From Octopus vulgaris (Eukaryota), in assembly GCA_951406725.2 (NCBI GenBank), contig OX597814.1, positions 214,334,001-214,398,000 of the forward strand: DNA of 64,000 bases. The letters run 5' to 3'. Below, one piece after another: positions 23,520-36,888 of the stretch. Position 1 is the stretch's first letter. Every line of letters starts with the position of its first letter. The position numbers were made by a program, and so were the translations under genes. The notes beneath the pieces were generated by a model. It had not been told where the DNA came from. It did not search any database and worked only from the letters and a program-made list of their open reading frames with translations.

Positions 23520-24781
23520 CAGTGCAAGCTAAGGACAAGTAAGTGGCGCAGTGGAATCATAGGAAGGTTAAGAGAAAGTAATCTTTGTGTGTGGCTGATG
23601 TACTGGTACTATAATGTATAGGAAATAGATTTCCTCAAATGTCCAGGGAAATCCTTAGCGGTTGTAGGTAGTTTTTATTATCTAGGTGACCAAATTAGCA
23701 GTGGATGAGGTTGCTTGAATGAGAACTGGGTGGGCAAAGTTCCGAGTGTTATTGCCTTTGTTTGCAACAAAGAACCTCTTCCTCAGAGTGAAAGACAAAT
23801 TGTATGATGCCTGTATATGAACAGTTATGCGACATGGGCTGTGACTACAGAGGACTTGAGAGGTCTTGAAAGAAATGAAACCAGGATACTCTGCTGGTTA
23901 TGCTAGGTCAGTGTGGATGTACAATAAAGTGTAAATGTTTTGATAAAAAAAATTGGGTATGAGAGACATCAATTGTAGTGTGCAAGAGGGAAGATTGTGC
24001 AGGTATTGTCATATGATGCATATGGATGTGGACTATTACATGAAGAAGTGCTGATCTCTAAATGTAGAGGGAAGCTTTGGAAGGGGAAGACCCAAAAAGA
24101 CATGGGATGAAATGGCAAGAAATGATCTTCAGATGTGGACTCTCCCAGAAGAGATGACAAAAGATCAAGACAGTTGGTGATTTGCTGTCTCCTCTCCCTC
24201 ACAAATCTACCTAACACTTCTCCCATGCGCATCACTGCTGTACTCCCCTCCTTCTCCCTCATGTACCTACATGCACACAATATGTCCCTGTTGAATCCCT
24301 CCCCACAACATACCCTCCTAGTGCCCACTCATTACATCCTTCCATCAATTCCCACTCTCCTTTTGCAATCTTGTGAATTCACCCACCCACTCATCCATCC
24401 TCTCCAATCCTCAGTCTACTTCACTATTTCACTATATACACCTCCCTGCAACTTGGGTGTATAGCCCTTGTCCTTCCATGTCACATATTTACCAGCTTCT
24501 CTCTTTCCATCTGAGGTAGCCATGTTTCCATTCTAATTCAAGACACCTTTCTTGCCCTCAATAATCCCCCAACTCCCTATTTGAGGGGTTTTGTCCTGCA
24601 AGTTACTTGGTGACCTCACTGCTGCTGGTGCCATGTAAAAAGACACCCATTACACTCTGTTAAGTGGTTGGCATTAAAAAGGGCATCTAGCCATAGAAAC
24701 CATACCAAAGCAGACAGCAGAACTTGGTGCAGTATTGTCATACTAACTCATGCCAACATAGAAGATAGACATTAAATGATG
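23520..24781 (+). mobile_element. Decayed RTE-type LINE 3' portion ending in a family-B tail
   Basis: Degenerate YLGDQIS...GWAKFRVLLPL...VKD.LYDAC...ERNE and GR.R.TW-like segments, then a pyrimidine-rich UTR, then GTGGTTGGC...AAGGGCATC...TAAATGATG. Confidence 0.75.
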
Positions 24782-24793
24782 TTTCTATATATA

Positions 24794-24838
<45 letters not shown>

Positions 24839-26026
24839 AAAGTTATATAAAAGTATATGGCTGAAGGAGTATTACTAAAATGTGCTCAAACAATATTATT
24901 ATAATTATTGTGAGATAAGCATAATCCATATATTTGTATTCTTGTTATCTACAATAATAATTATAGAATAATTAGTGGGATTGTTCACAGACTAAAATTA
25001 AACACTGTTTCCACATCTATTATACATGAAATTAGAACAACATTTGTGAATATTTACTTTTTCCTAAATATTCTAATATTTTTCGACATACTTGTTTAAT
25101 TAGCTACAGGCTGTCTTCAGATGGTTTTTTTATTAACACCCTAAATTTCAGGCTAAAAATATAAATTCAAGGCTATAACTTATTTTCTAAGAAATGTTTT
25201 AAGCTTATTGAAACTTTTAGCTTACTCTGGTCTTTGTCTTTCAGCTTTGCTTAGTTTTTCATCTCTTACAATCCTATTATAACATCTGGTCATGCATTTG
25301 TGTTGACTAAAAGTTAGTACTTGAGAAGCCCACTTATTGGGCTCAACATTTAGAAACAATGTAGAAAAGAAGATTCTAGAATACATATAGTGATTAATAT
25401 AGTTTTTCTTTTTTCACACTAATAATTAGATGACTGTTTTAAGTATAAAAACTGGTTTGCAGGTGAAACAGGTGGAAATGAATTTTGAGACAAAACACTG
25501 ACATTTCAAATGTAGATTAAAAAAAAAAAAAAAGAGACAAATTTTGAAAATAGATAAGATCCTCATATGTTGAGATCTCTGTAAAATTGAATTTCAGTCA
25601 GTCTATGCAAACATGAATAAGCAGGCTTTACTTAGAGAACAGGAACTGCAGTAAATGTGTGAATGTCTGAGATGAGTTGCTAATAAGATTAGAGTGTTTT
25701 GGATTATTAATCTCAACTATAGAGATAAAAACTTGGTAAGTTATTTACATCGACACTGCTTCATGTATCAATTGCTTAGTGGGTAAGAAAGAGCATTACT
25801 GCCCTTAGCTTAAATATAAAAGTTCATACTTCAAATCCAACCTAGTACTACATACACATCCAGGAATAAAAAACTGGAAGATGATTGGTGATCAAACTAA
25901 AGATGAGGTTTAATAGTAGTTGCTTAGTATTCCATTTTATTTTTCATACATAGGCTATTACTTACATTGTTATGAAATAAAATGTCTCCATATTCTTTTT
26001 CTTAGGGGATATAATTACATTTTATA

Positions 26027-26427
26027 TCTTTATATATAAAAGTGAGGTTGTGTGCTGTCTGTCTCCTACGATTTAGATTCCTAACTACTCCCACATTTTG
26101 CGGTGCAGTGTAACCAAAAGCGGGTATCTTATAGTCGTAATTCATATCGAGCTCTTCTGGGTATTAGCGTGCACGTCTACGATGAGTCTACGATTTAAAA
26201 AAAAATTTACCATCATTTTTTCCCATTTTTAATGCATTTTTTTGCTATTATAAAAGGGAAGTAACTCTCTAAAAATTTATTATTAAATCTCAGAACGTAA
26301 AAAGCTACAGTAACACCCCCCCTTTGTGGTTAGCCATATTGAGATGGCTATTATACCTTACATCTCTAAAAATGCTTATATAGTTATTTCCCTTACAAAC
26401 CCGAGCAACGCCGGGCGATACTGCTAG
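26027..26427 (+). mobile_element. Non-autonomous Helitron, copy 1
   Basis: 5' TC, subterminal GC hairpin CCCGAGCAACGCCGGG, 3' CTAG, inserted between A and T with no TSD. Confidence 0.9.
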
Positions 26428-27454
26428 TTTTATAATAAAATACTTTTCCTGTTTATAAAAAGAAATAAAATTTAGATTTCAACTTTTTTTTTTTTATTTG
26501 GAAGTTAGTTTCCTCCATTTTGAGATATTTTTTTTTTAATATATATTTTATTGAAGCAGATATTTTTGTAATTAGATCTACTTCCTAATGCATCTTACTG
26601 AGCTCTTATATCTTTGAGATTGTTAGAATAACACTGTTATACCTTGTTCAGGAATGCAGCAGAAATTCAACACAAGACCTCATTGGTCAGGAATCTATAA
26701 TTACAATTAGTTCATATGAACATACTGAATACATGTATATTTATTACTACTAAACACTAACCAAATTTTGGTGTCCAATGCAAACTATGAATACTGATTT
26801 CAAAATTGACTTTGTTCAGTTTGAAATGGCAAATTCATAACATTTTTAACTCTATAACATTCCGATTACTCTGTCAAATGTAATGAATATTATTTCTCAT
26901 TATTTTCAATTAATCGTGTATTATCTCATAGCTTCGATATTTCAATGATGTTATTGTTTATTCTTAGAATAACATTACAGGGGTGGTGAAAGAGGCCATA
27001 TCTGGCTGGTTTGAATATAAAACAGAATATCTGGACCAGATATGGCCAGTTTAAATGCTAAAGGGATAAAAGTTTCTCAGAGAAACAAAGTGCCTGTTTC
27101 TTCAGAACTCAAAAGCATAATAATAATAATAATGTTTCCTTACTAAGGTACAAGATCCATTGTTTCTTGGAATATGGTTTGTGGATAGGCAAAATTGTTA
27201 GTATTGGGCAAAACGCCTTTTGGTATTTGTTCAGGATCTTCATGTTCTGAGCTCAAATCCAGGCAAAGTCAACTTTGCCTCTCATCCTCTCAGGGTTAAT
27301 AAAATAATGTCATGTTTTCAGGTCAGTGGTGTTGGGTACCCACTTCCCCCAAATTTCAGACCTAGTGCCTATGCTTGAAAAAACTTTATATTATTGGTCT
27401 GGGAAGGATGGGAAATAATGCAGACTTGGGCAACTTAAGTCATCATCATCGTTG

Positions 27455-27857
27455 TTTGATTCTAGACCTTGCTTCCACACCTGAAACTTCTGTGGTTCTG
27501 ATAGTGACTCAGCTATTAGAGCAAGGTCATCAACATAGAGGCGCATTCTGTCTTGAATTCCTCTGTTAAATATAGAACAGTATTTCCTCTGTTATTGCCT
27601 AGAGAACTATGATGAACAAGAGGGGGCCGAGGGCTGATCCTTGGTGAACCCCTACTTCTACCCAGAATTCTTTGCTATACTCATTGCCAACCCTCACCTT
27701 ACTGACAGCATCTCTGTACATGGCTTGTACATCTCTCATCAACCACTCATCTATCCTTAGTTTCCACATTAACCACCAGCTAAGGGATCAGGGGTCCCTG
27801 TCAAAGGCTTTCTCCATGTCAGAAGCCAAATACAGAGGTTTATCTTTGGTTAGAAAT
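27455..27857 (-). pseudogene. RTE-type LINE reverse-transcriptase core fragment
   Basis: The - strand reads DMEKAFDR...VRVGNEYSKEF.VEVGVHQGSALGPLLFI...LYVDDLALIAES, with stops and frameshifts. Confidence 0.88.
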
Positions 27858-29287
27858 GTAAAAAGCACCATTTAAGTGTCATCGATACCAGTGCCACCTG
27901 ACTGGTCCCCTGCTGGTGACATGTAAAAAGCACCATTTAAGCGTGGTCATTGCCAGTTCTGCCTGACTGGCTCCCATGCTGGTGGCACATAAAAAGCACC
28001 CACTACGCTCTCAGAGTGGTTGGTGTTAGGAAGGGCATCCAGCTGTAGAAACTTTGCCAGATCAGTTTGGAGCCTGTTGCAGCCTTCTGGCTTTCCAGCC
28101 CTCAGTCAAAACCATCCAACCTATACCAGTATGGCAAGTGGATGCTAAATGATGATGATGATATCCTCTTTTTCGTCAAAACTTCAAGTAATATGTCTCT
28201 AAATTCCTGTCCATTCAGAGGATCCTTAAGCTTCCAGACCCTTCTTTTCTGCACTTGTCTTCTGGACAGCCATTTAGCCCTGATCCTGAAGTTGCTAACT
28301 ACTAACTTATATTGTGGGGTGCATTCTTCACCTGGGAAAGTTTTGGCATTTGTAAGTAGCCATCCTTTTTGTTTCCTGGTGGGAATGTAGTCAATCTGAC
28401 TAGTTTACCCACCAGACTGGTAGGTGAACAGGTGACTGGCAGGTTTCCTGAAGTTAGTATTACAGATCATAACTGTCAATTATATATTATATATATATAA
28501 ATATTGGTGCTTTCTTTTCTTTTTTTTTTTTGCGTGGCTGTCTTCAATACTTTTATAATACTGAAATTAGTATTGGTTTAAAATATTGGCAAAATTGTTG
28601 GGAGCGAATTTGGTAGGTGGGAGGGAGTAAGTTGATTACATCGGCCCCCAATACTTGTTTTATGTACCCTGAAAGGATGAGGGGCAAAGTTAACCTTGGC
28701 AACTTCTAATTAGTATTAAAGTGGTTATAGTGTATAAATAATTAGATGTAAATTACTGGGTGCACCAGTTGTAGTGTCGGTGTTAGTAATATTAGTTTCA
28801 AATTTTGGCACAAGGCCAGCAATTATAGGAGGGGAGTAAGTCAATTACATTAACTTAATTATTCAACTGGCACTTATTTTATTAGCACTGAAGGGGTGAA
28901 AGGCAAAATCGACCTCATCAGAATTTGAACTCAGAATGTGAAGACAAGGAAATGCCACAAAGCATTTTGCCTGGTATGCTAGTGATTCTGCCAGCCCACC
29001 ACCTTAGTAGTAATAGTCAGTAGTAATATTACTGCAGTAAAATAAATTGCAATAATGTTATAGTAAGAGTGGTGGATTAGCAGACTTAGACTAGCAAGCA
29101 AAAATGCTGTGCAGCTTTTAGCTACACCTCTCTGGTTTTAAATCTCACCGAGTTCAACTTAGCTTTTCGTCCTGCTGAGGTTGATGAAAGAAGTATCAGT
29201 AATTTACTGAGATTGATGCAATCAATGAAATCTTCTCTAACATGTCAATTTATAGCATTGTGCTTGTATTAGAAATCAATATTGTTA

Positions 29288-29682
29288 TCTTTATATATAA
29301 AAGTGAGGTTGTGTGCTGTCTGTCTCCTACGATTTAGATTCCTAACTATTCCCACATTTTGCAGTGCAGTTTAACCAAATCGGGTATCTTATAGTCGTGA
29401 TTCATATCGAGCCCTTCTGGGTATTAGCGCGTCTACGATGAGTCTACGATTTAAAAAAAAATTTACCATCAATTTTTCCCATTTTCAATGCATTTTTGGC
29501 ATGTATAAGGGAAGTAACTCTCTAAAAATGTATTATTAAATCTCAGAACGTAAAAAGCTACAGTAACACCCCCTCCCTTTGTGGTTAGCCATATTGAGAT
29601 GGCTATTATACTTTACATCTCTAAAAATGCTTATATAGTTATTTCCCTTACAAACCCGAGCAACGCCGGGCGATACTGCTAG
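29288..29682 (+). mobile_element. Non-autonomous Helitron, copy 2
   Basis: Same TC...hairpin...CTAG structure at an A|T site; highly similar to 26027-26427. Confidence 0.9.
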
Positions 29683-29983
29683 TAGTGAATAAATGTTCTT
29701 TGTCAAGATAAGTTATTGACTTGGAAGGATTTGATAATGTTTTTTTTTCTTTTTCCTTATTTTGGAACAATAGTGACCATTCTGTTATATGGCAATGGTT
29801 AGTCTAAAACTTTCTGTTTTAAAGTGGCATAAATTAAAACCTTCCGTCAAAATTGCATGTTAATTTATGTTTAATTTATGTTCCTGGCACCAGCTTTTTA
29901 AAGACAATTCTCCCTGCGACTGTTCTCCCTGTGGTTACATTAAAATAATTACTACTAGCTCTGATGTTACACCTAGTTTTAAT

Positions 29984-30371
29984 GTGGAAGCACTCCGTCG
30001 GTTACGACGATGAGGGTTCCGGTTGATCCAAATCAACGGAACAGCCTGCTCGTGAAATTAACGTGTAAGTGGCTGAGCACTCCACAGACACGTGTACCCT
30101 TAACGTAGTTCTCGGGGATATTCAGCGTGACACAGAGAGTGACAAGGCCGGCTCTTTGAAATACAGGTACAACAGAAACAGGAAGTAAGAGTGAGAGAAA
30201 GTTGTGGTGAAAGAGTACAGCAGGGATCACCACCATTGCCTGCCGGAGCCGCGTGGAGCTTTCAGGTGTTTTCGCTCAATAAACACTCACAACGCCCGGT
30301 CTGGGAATCGAAACCGCGATCCTATGACCGCGAGTCCACTGCCCTAACCACTGGGCCATTGCGCCTCCACT
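29984..30371 (-). mobile_element. SINE family A with tail type 2
   Basis: Same tRNA-like head as 5886-6191 but a different 3' half; 12-bp TSD CCTAGTTTTAAT. Confidence 0.9.
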
Positions 30372-31138
30372 CCTAGTTTTAATAGTATCCACTTAGAACT
30401 TGTCATATATAAAATATTAATTTTCTTATTTTATTACTTTCTTCATCTAAAGATGTTGGGTAGCATTGTGCTTGAAGCGTGAACTCTTGGATTTTTTTTT
30501 ATTAATTTCACCTAATTTCAGAAGCTTTAAAATACTAATCTTTAAATATAAAATATATACCAAAATTTGATATTGCTAAAATATTGTCAGCAGAAGTAAA
30601 TATATTTGAAAGATAGTTCCCATTTCAGTTATTATCCCTTTAGTGTTTAAACCGGCCTTATCCGGCCCAAATATGTTAAAACTGCCTAGATTTGGTATCT
30701 CACACCAACCTATAATGTCAATCTAAAAGCAGGTGATAACATCATCGAAATCTTAAAGCTACGAAATAATTGCATGATTAGCTTAAAACAATATGGATGA
30801 ATAAGTATTATATTTGATAGAATAATATGAATGCTAAGGGGTTATATTTGAAAAATTTATTGTAAAAGCTAACCCTGAAAAAGTTTTTTTTCTTTCTTTG
30901 ATACATTTAATCTCAGTGTTAAATTTGGGGTTTTGTAGCTCAAAGTTAATTTTACAACTTTTCAACCTCCTGAGTATTGTACATTCGGATGCAAAAGGGA
31001 ATATGAAATTTCTTTTGGTTTTCTTTCATGAGAATTAGTTTCTACATTTGTAAAATTAAACCTAAGTAAATGCACTGTTGTACCAGGCTGTATTATTTAC
31101 AATAGAAAACTATTGAGGTTAAAGATAACTTTCTTTAA

Positions 31139-31582
31139 CCCATTAGTATTTAACCCTTTCATTACCAGCCCGGCTGAAACCGGCTCTGGCTCTGAGTACA
31201 AATGTCTTGTTTTCAAAAGTTCTGAATTAAAATCTTCCACCAAACCTTAGTCACAATTTATGTTCCTAACACTAGCTGAATGATAACTAAGTTATTTTAC
31301 TAAATTCTTTGTTATATTTAAAGTAATTGAAAGAAACACAGAACATCTCAAAATAAATACGGTAATAAAAGGGTTAAACTGGCCACATTTGGCCCAAATG
31401 TTCTTCTGGCTTTGTGCTGAAACCAGCCAGATCTGACCTCTTACAACTGCCCTAGAATGTCATTCTAAAAATAAACAGTCACATCATCAAAATCTCAAAG
31501 CTACGAGATAATGCTTGATTAATTCAAAGCAATATTGATAAATAAGTGTTACATTTGACAGACTAGTCTGAATACTGAAGGG
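31139..31582. mobile_element. piggyBac-like MITE (family F) carrying a nested second MITE at 31154-31373
   Basis: Outer TTAA-CCC...GGG-TTAA. Inner TTAA(31150)-CCCTTT...AAAGGG-TTAA(31374). Confidence 0.85.
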
Positions 31583-33810
31583 TTAAGTGAAAGTGGAAAT
31601 ACTTTAAGTCCAATTCATATCACAAATAACATAAACATCATCATCATCGTCGTCTAACTTCCGTGCTAGCGTGGGTTGGACGGTTCAACTGGGGGCTGGG
31701 AAGCCAGAAGGCTGCACCAGGCCCAGTCTGATCTGGCAGTGTTTCTACGGCTGGATGCCCTTCCTAACACCAACCACTCCGTGAGTGTAGTGGGTGATTT
31801 TTATGTGCCACCGGCACAGGTGCCAGATGAGGCTGGCAAATGGCTACGATCGGATGGTGCTTTTTACGTGCCACGTTCATGTTAGAACCTTTTGTTCATC
31901 AGAATTGCATGGTATATTTCACAACCATGATTAGTTCAATACCCTGCAAAATGTATTTAGTAAATTTAGTAAATTCCGTGCATTTTATTAAGAAAATTAA
32001 AATTGAAAATTACTTACAGTGTTGTGTAAGAAATGTGAATTTAAAGTTCTCAATTATGAATCTCCGAATGCTGGTGGTTATTCTCACAACTTATTTAAGT
32101 AATTATTAAACTTGAGCTTTATCTGTTGCTTTTTATCAATTAGTTTGATGCTGTGTGACTGAACATTAAATATAACCGGATATACAAGTGTTTTGTTCAG
32201 CAGTGTATCTGTTTGGTCATTGCAGCACTGATACATTTCCTAAGTAAACACGTATAAAGTAATATATGCAAATTCAATCGTAAATGTATGCTCTGTCATT
32301 TGAGTATTTGACACATCTAAATACTTGGGGCTGCCTTGTTTGCATTTGTCTCTCTCTCAGTATTGACTATATCTTTCATTCCATTATTTCTCTGCAGTAG
32401 TCTAGCAACATTGATAACAGTAGCATCAGTTTATCTTCATCATTTAATATCTATCATCTGTAAGACTGGGTAAAAAGATTCTCTCTTGTGACATTCCTAG
32501 TAATTTTTACTTTTATGTTATACTTGGGGATGCTCATATTTTTTTTTGGCCAATTAACGACACAACACCATTCGAGCATGATTGTTACCTGTGTCGCCTT
32601 ACTGGCACTTGTGCTGGTGGCACGTGAAAAAAACATTCGAGCGAAGTCATTGTCATTGCCAGTGCCACTGGACTGACTCCTGTGCAGGTGGCACATAAAA
32701 AGCACCATTCGAGCATGATTGTTACCTGTGTCGCCTTACTGGCACTTGTGCTGGTGGCACGTGAAAAAAACATTCGAGCGAAGTCATTGTCATTGCCAGT
32801 GCCACTGGACTGACTCCTGTGCAGGTGGCACGTAAAAAGCACCATTTGAGCGTGGCCGTTGCCAGTACCATCTGACTGGCCCTCGTGCCGGTGGCACGTA
32901 AAAACACCCGCTACACTCTCAGAGTGGTTGGCGTTAGGAAGGGCATCCTGCTGTAGAAACTCTACCAGATCAGATTGGAGTCTGGTTCGCCAGACCTCAG
33001 TCAAAATCATCCAACCCATGCTAGCATGGAAAGCGGACGTTAAACGATGATGATGCCAAAGTTCTTAAGTTTTTAGTATGCTTTAGTATAGTTTTTGCTA
33101 TTCATCTTTACTTTTATTCAATATCATGATATTTTTTCCTTTCCATTTCTGATTCCAACATTCCAGCCAGGATCATATATTTTTTTTATGACAATCTGTA
33201 AGTTTACCTCTGAATGTTTTGTTCATTTTTAAGATGGTATATGTCAGTTTAGGGACCTTCCAAAAAAGCTGCTCCTATCATGTGGATATGCAATGGTTAT
33301 AGTTTAAGTCAGCAAGATCCAGCACGCATGGCTTTTGTCACTGTGTGTGTTATCACTCCAGAATATTCACTACTACACCATCATCTGGAGAACACTCCGC
33401 CTTTGCATACAACAAATAGTAACAGCATCTATATAACATTATTATCTCCAAACAATGTGCTGGCATGTACACTGCTGGAGATAAGTGCTGGCAACTGTTG
33501 CATTCCAACTGAGTTGACTATGACTGCCTCTGCTCTGGCCACTACCAGATTCTGCAGTCATAGAGAAACTGACTGAATAGCGGAGAAAATGCAGCATACC
33601 AGACTGCACCCCGTCTTCAAGGTTAAACAACCTAACATCAGTGTGCAGTTTTATTCTCAACAAGGTTTATAAACATTGTATCAAGTGTACTTGATGTGCG
33701 TTATTGTACCTAGTTGTTTTACTTGCTACTTGTATGCTATTGGTTTGTTCAATGGGAACTTTTAGAATTATAAAAATTTAACCTGTTTCTTTAATGAATA
33801 TAATAAGCTA

Positions 33811-34012
33811 ACTCTTTTACTTGTTTCAGTCATTTGACAGCGGCCATGCTGGAGCACCGCTTTTAGTCGAGCAAATCGACCCCGGGACTTATTCTTTGTA
33901 AGCCCAGTACTTATTCTATCGGTCTCTTTTGCTGAATCGCTAAGTGACGGAGACGTAAACACACCAGCATCGGTTGTCAAGCAATGCTAGGGGGACAAAC
34001 ACAGACACACAG

Positions 34013-34083
<71 letters not shown>

Positions 34084-34258
34084 CATACATATACATATAC
34101 AGGCTTCTTTCAGTTTCTGTCTACTAAATCCACTCACAAGGCATTGGTCGGCCCGGAGCTATAGCAGAAGACACTTGCCCAAGATGCCACGCAGTGGGAC
34201 TGAACCCAGAACCATGTGGTTGGTTAGCAAGCTACTTACCACACAGCCACTCCTGCGC
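33811..34258 (-). mobile_element. SINE family C
   Basis: Full-length copy homologous to 20378-20794. Confidence 0.88.
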
Positions 34259-35127
34259 TTGACGTACTGTATTATATTGGCATGTTAGAAGTTGGTGTTA
34301 TCACCAAAGATATTGTTTCTAATTTCTTTACAAAGATGCAGCTTCAAGGGCAAAGATTTGAAAATATTTATAGAATTTAAATTTGGTGGGATTCATTACT
34401 TTGCTAATTTATATTAAACGATAATATCTATATTGGGTATTTTTGTATGGTTTTGTGTGTAATTCTTGGTAGCTCTAATATTTGGGGCTTAATGGATTGA
34501 TTGGAAAACATGACTGGGAAAGGGATTTTAGCTTCTCAGTTCAGAGTGTGTCTAGTTTAACAGAACCTGATTATGAATATTAAGATTCATCATATTCATC
34601 TTTGTTTGATGTCCACTGTCCATGCTGGCATGGGTTGGATGGTTTGACTTAGAACTGGCAAGCTGGGAGGCTGCACCAGGCTCTAATCTGATTTGGCAAG
34701 ATGTCTACTGTTGGATGCCCTTCCTAATGCCAACCACTCCGAGAGTGTAGTGGGTGCTTTTTAGATGCCACTGGTACGGGAGCCAGTCAGGCGGCACTGG
34801 CATTGGCCACGCTCGAATGGTGCTGTTTACATGCCTCCAACATGGGTACCAGTCAGGCAGTACTAGCATTGGTCATGCTCGAATGGTGCTTCTTACGTCC
34901 CACTGGACTGGGTGCCAGTGAGGTGGCACTGGCATCAGCTACAACTACAATTTCACTCAGTTCAACAGGTCTTCACAAGCAGGGCCTATTGTCTGACAAG
35001 TGAAGGGGCCAGTTATGTGACACTGGCATCAGCCACGACTATTATCTCACTTGGCTTGCCGGGTCTTCTCAAGCACAGCATACCTAGTTTTTCTTACTTT
35101 GTTTTGATTGAAGCATATTAAAATCAT

Positions 35128-35517
35128 TGTGGAGGTGCAATGGCCCAGTGGTTAGGGCAGCGGACTCGCGGTCGTAGGATCGCGGTTTCGATTCCCAGAC
35201 CGGGCGTTGTGAGTGTTTATTGAGCGAAAACACCTAAAAGCTCCACGAGAGTCCGGCAGGGGATGGTGGTGATCCCTGCAGTACTCTTTCACCACAACTT
35301 TCTCTCACTCTTACTTCCTGTTTCTGTTGTACCTGTATTTCAAAGGGCCGGCCTTGTCACTCTCTGTGTCACGCTGAATATCCCCGAGAACTATGTTAAG
35401 GTTACACATGTCTGTGGAGTGCTCAGCCACTTACATGTTAATTTCACGAGCAGGCTGTTCCGTTGATCGGATCAACCGGAACCCTCGTTGTCGTAACCGA
35501 CGGAGTGCTTCCATTCC
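35128..35517 (+). mobile_element. SINE family A with tail type 2
   Basis: tRNA-like head, (CCATT)2 tail, 11-bp TSD ATTAAAATCAT. Confidence 0.9.
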
Positions 35518-36409
35518 ATTAAAATCATGCACTTTTAGATGTAGTTTTAAGAATGTGAATATCAAATCTAACTAGTATATAAATTCCTGTGCCGGTGGCA
35601 CGTAAAAAGCACCCACTACACTCATGGAGTGGTTGGCGTTAGGAAGGGCATCCAGCCATAGAAACATTGCCAGATCAAGATTGGAGCCTGGTGCAGCCTT
35701 CTGGCTTCCCAGACCCCAGTTGAACCCTCCAACCCATGCTAGCATGGAAAGCGGACGCTAAACGATGATGATGATGATGATGATGATTTACTAAGCACAT
35801 GTCAAATTTTGTTTTTGTTGTAAAGGAAAAACGTATTCATGAGTGGCTGTAAATTGTCAGTGTTATGTCTGTAAGTAGCTCTACTGAAAATCACAGGCTT
35901 CTTGAAATTCTTTGTTTGCTGTGACGTCAGTTTTAATTTGGATTAGAAGAGAAAATGGAATTATGCATTAGCCGACAGGGTAGCTTCCTAAAATGTTTGC
36001 CACAAACCCAAGATTTCTCCAGCTGTGGCCTTCTGACTAACTGTAGCCCTATGCAAGAGAAAGTGCAGTTGAAAGTGGCACAGCATGTGAAAGTTATCAT
36101 TCAACTAATGGTTCATTCCACATGTTTGTAGAAAGCATGAACTCTACTAAAGACATCCAAGGTCAACACTATAGGAGTTAGCTTGCTAACCAACCACATG
36201 GTTCCGGGTTCAGTCCCACTGCATGGCATCTTGGGCAAGTGTCTTCTGCTATAGCCCTGGGCCGATCAATGCCTTGTGAGTGGATTTGGTAGACGGAAAC
36301 TGAAAGAAGCCTGTCGTATATATGTATATATATATATGTATGTGTGTTTGTGTTTTTCCCCTTAGCATTGCTTGACAACCGATGCTGGTGTGGTTCGGCA
36401 AAAGAGACT

Positions 36410-36888
36410 AAAATTCAGAAATATGACATGTCTGTTAGGTGTCTTCTACACTGGACACTAGTATTGACCTTGGTGTTTTATCAGTGTATATTTTGACTTT
36501 AAATCTTTCTAGATGTTGATTTTACTTTTCATACATCTGAGTGAGGTTGATAAAATAATTTTATCATTTAGATTTACCATCTAAATAAAAAAAAAAAAAG
36601 CTTCAAAATATACCATTTCTGCTTATCTGACAACAATAATAAGTGTTTCTCATAGAGGTCTGAAATTTGTGAGTGACCCTTATTATTCTTATCTCTGCTT
36701 AATTAAAAGTAAGCCAAAATTTAGAAATATGACATGTCTATTAGGTGTCTTCTACACTGGACACTAGTATTGACCTTGGTGTTTTATCAGTGTATATTTT
36801 GACTTTAAATCTTTCTAGATGTTGATTTTACTTTTCATACATCTGAGTGAGGTTGATGAAATAATTTTATCATTTAGATTTACCATCT
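36410..36888 (+). repeat. 173-bp direct duplication (36410-36582 and 36716-36888)
   Basis: Two copies differing at about 3 positions, separated by 133 bp. Confidence 0.92.
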
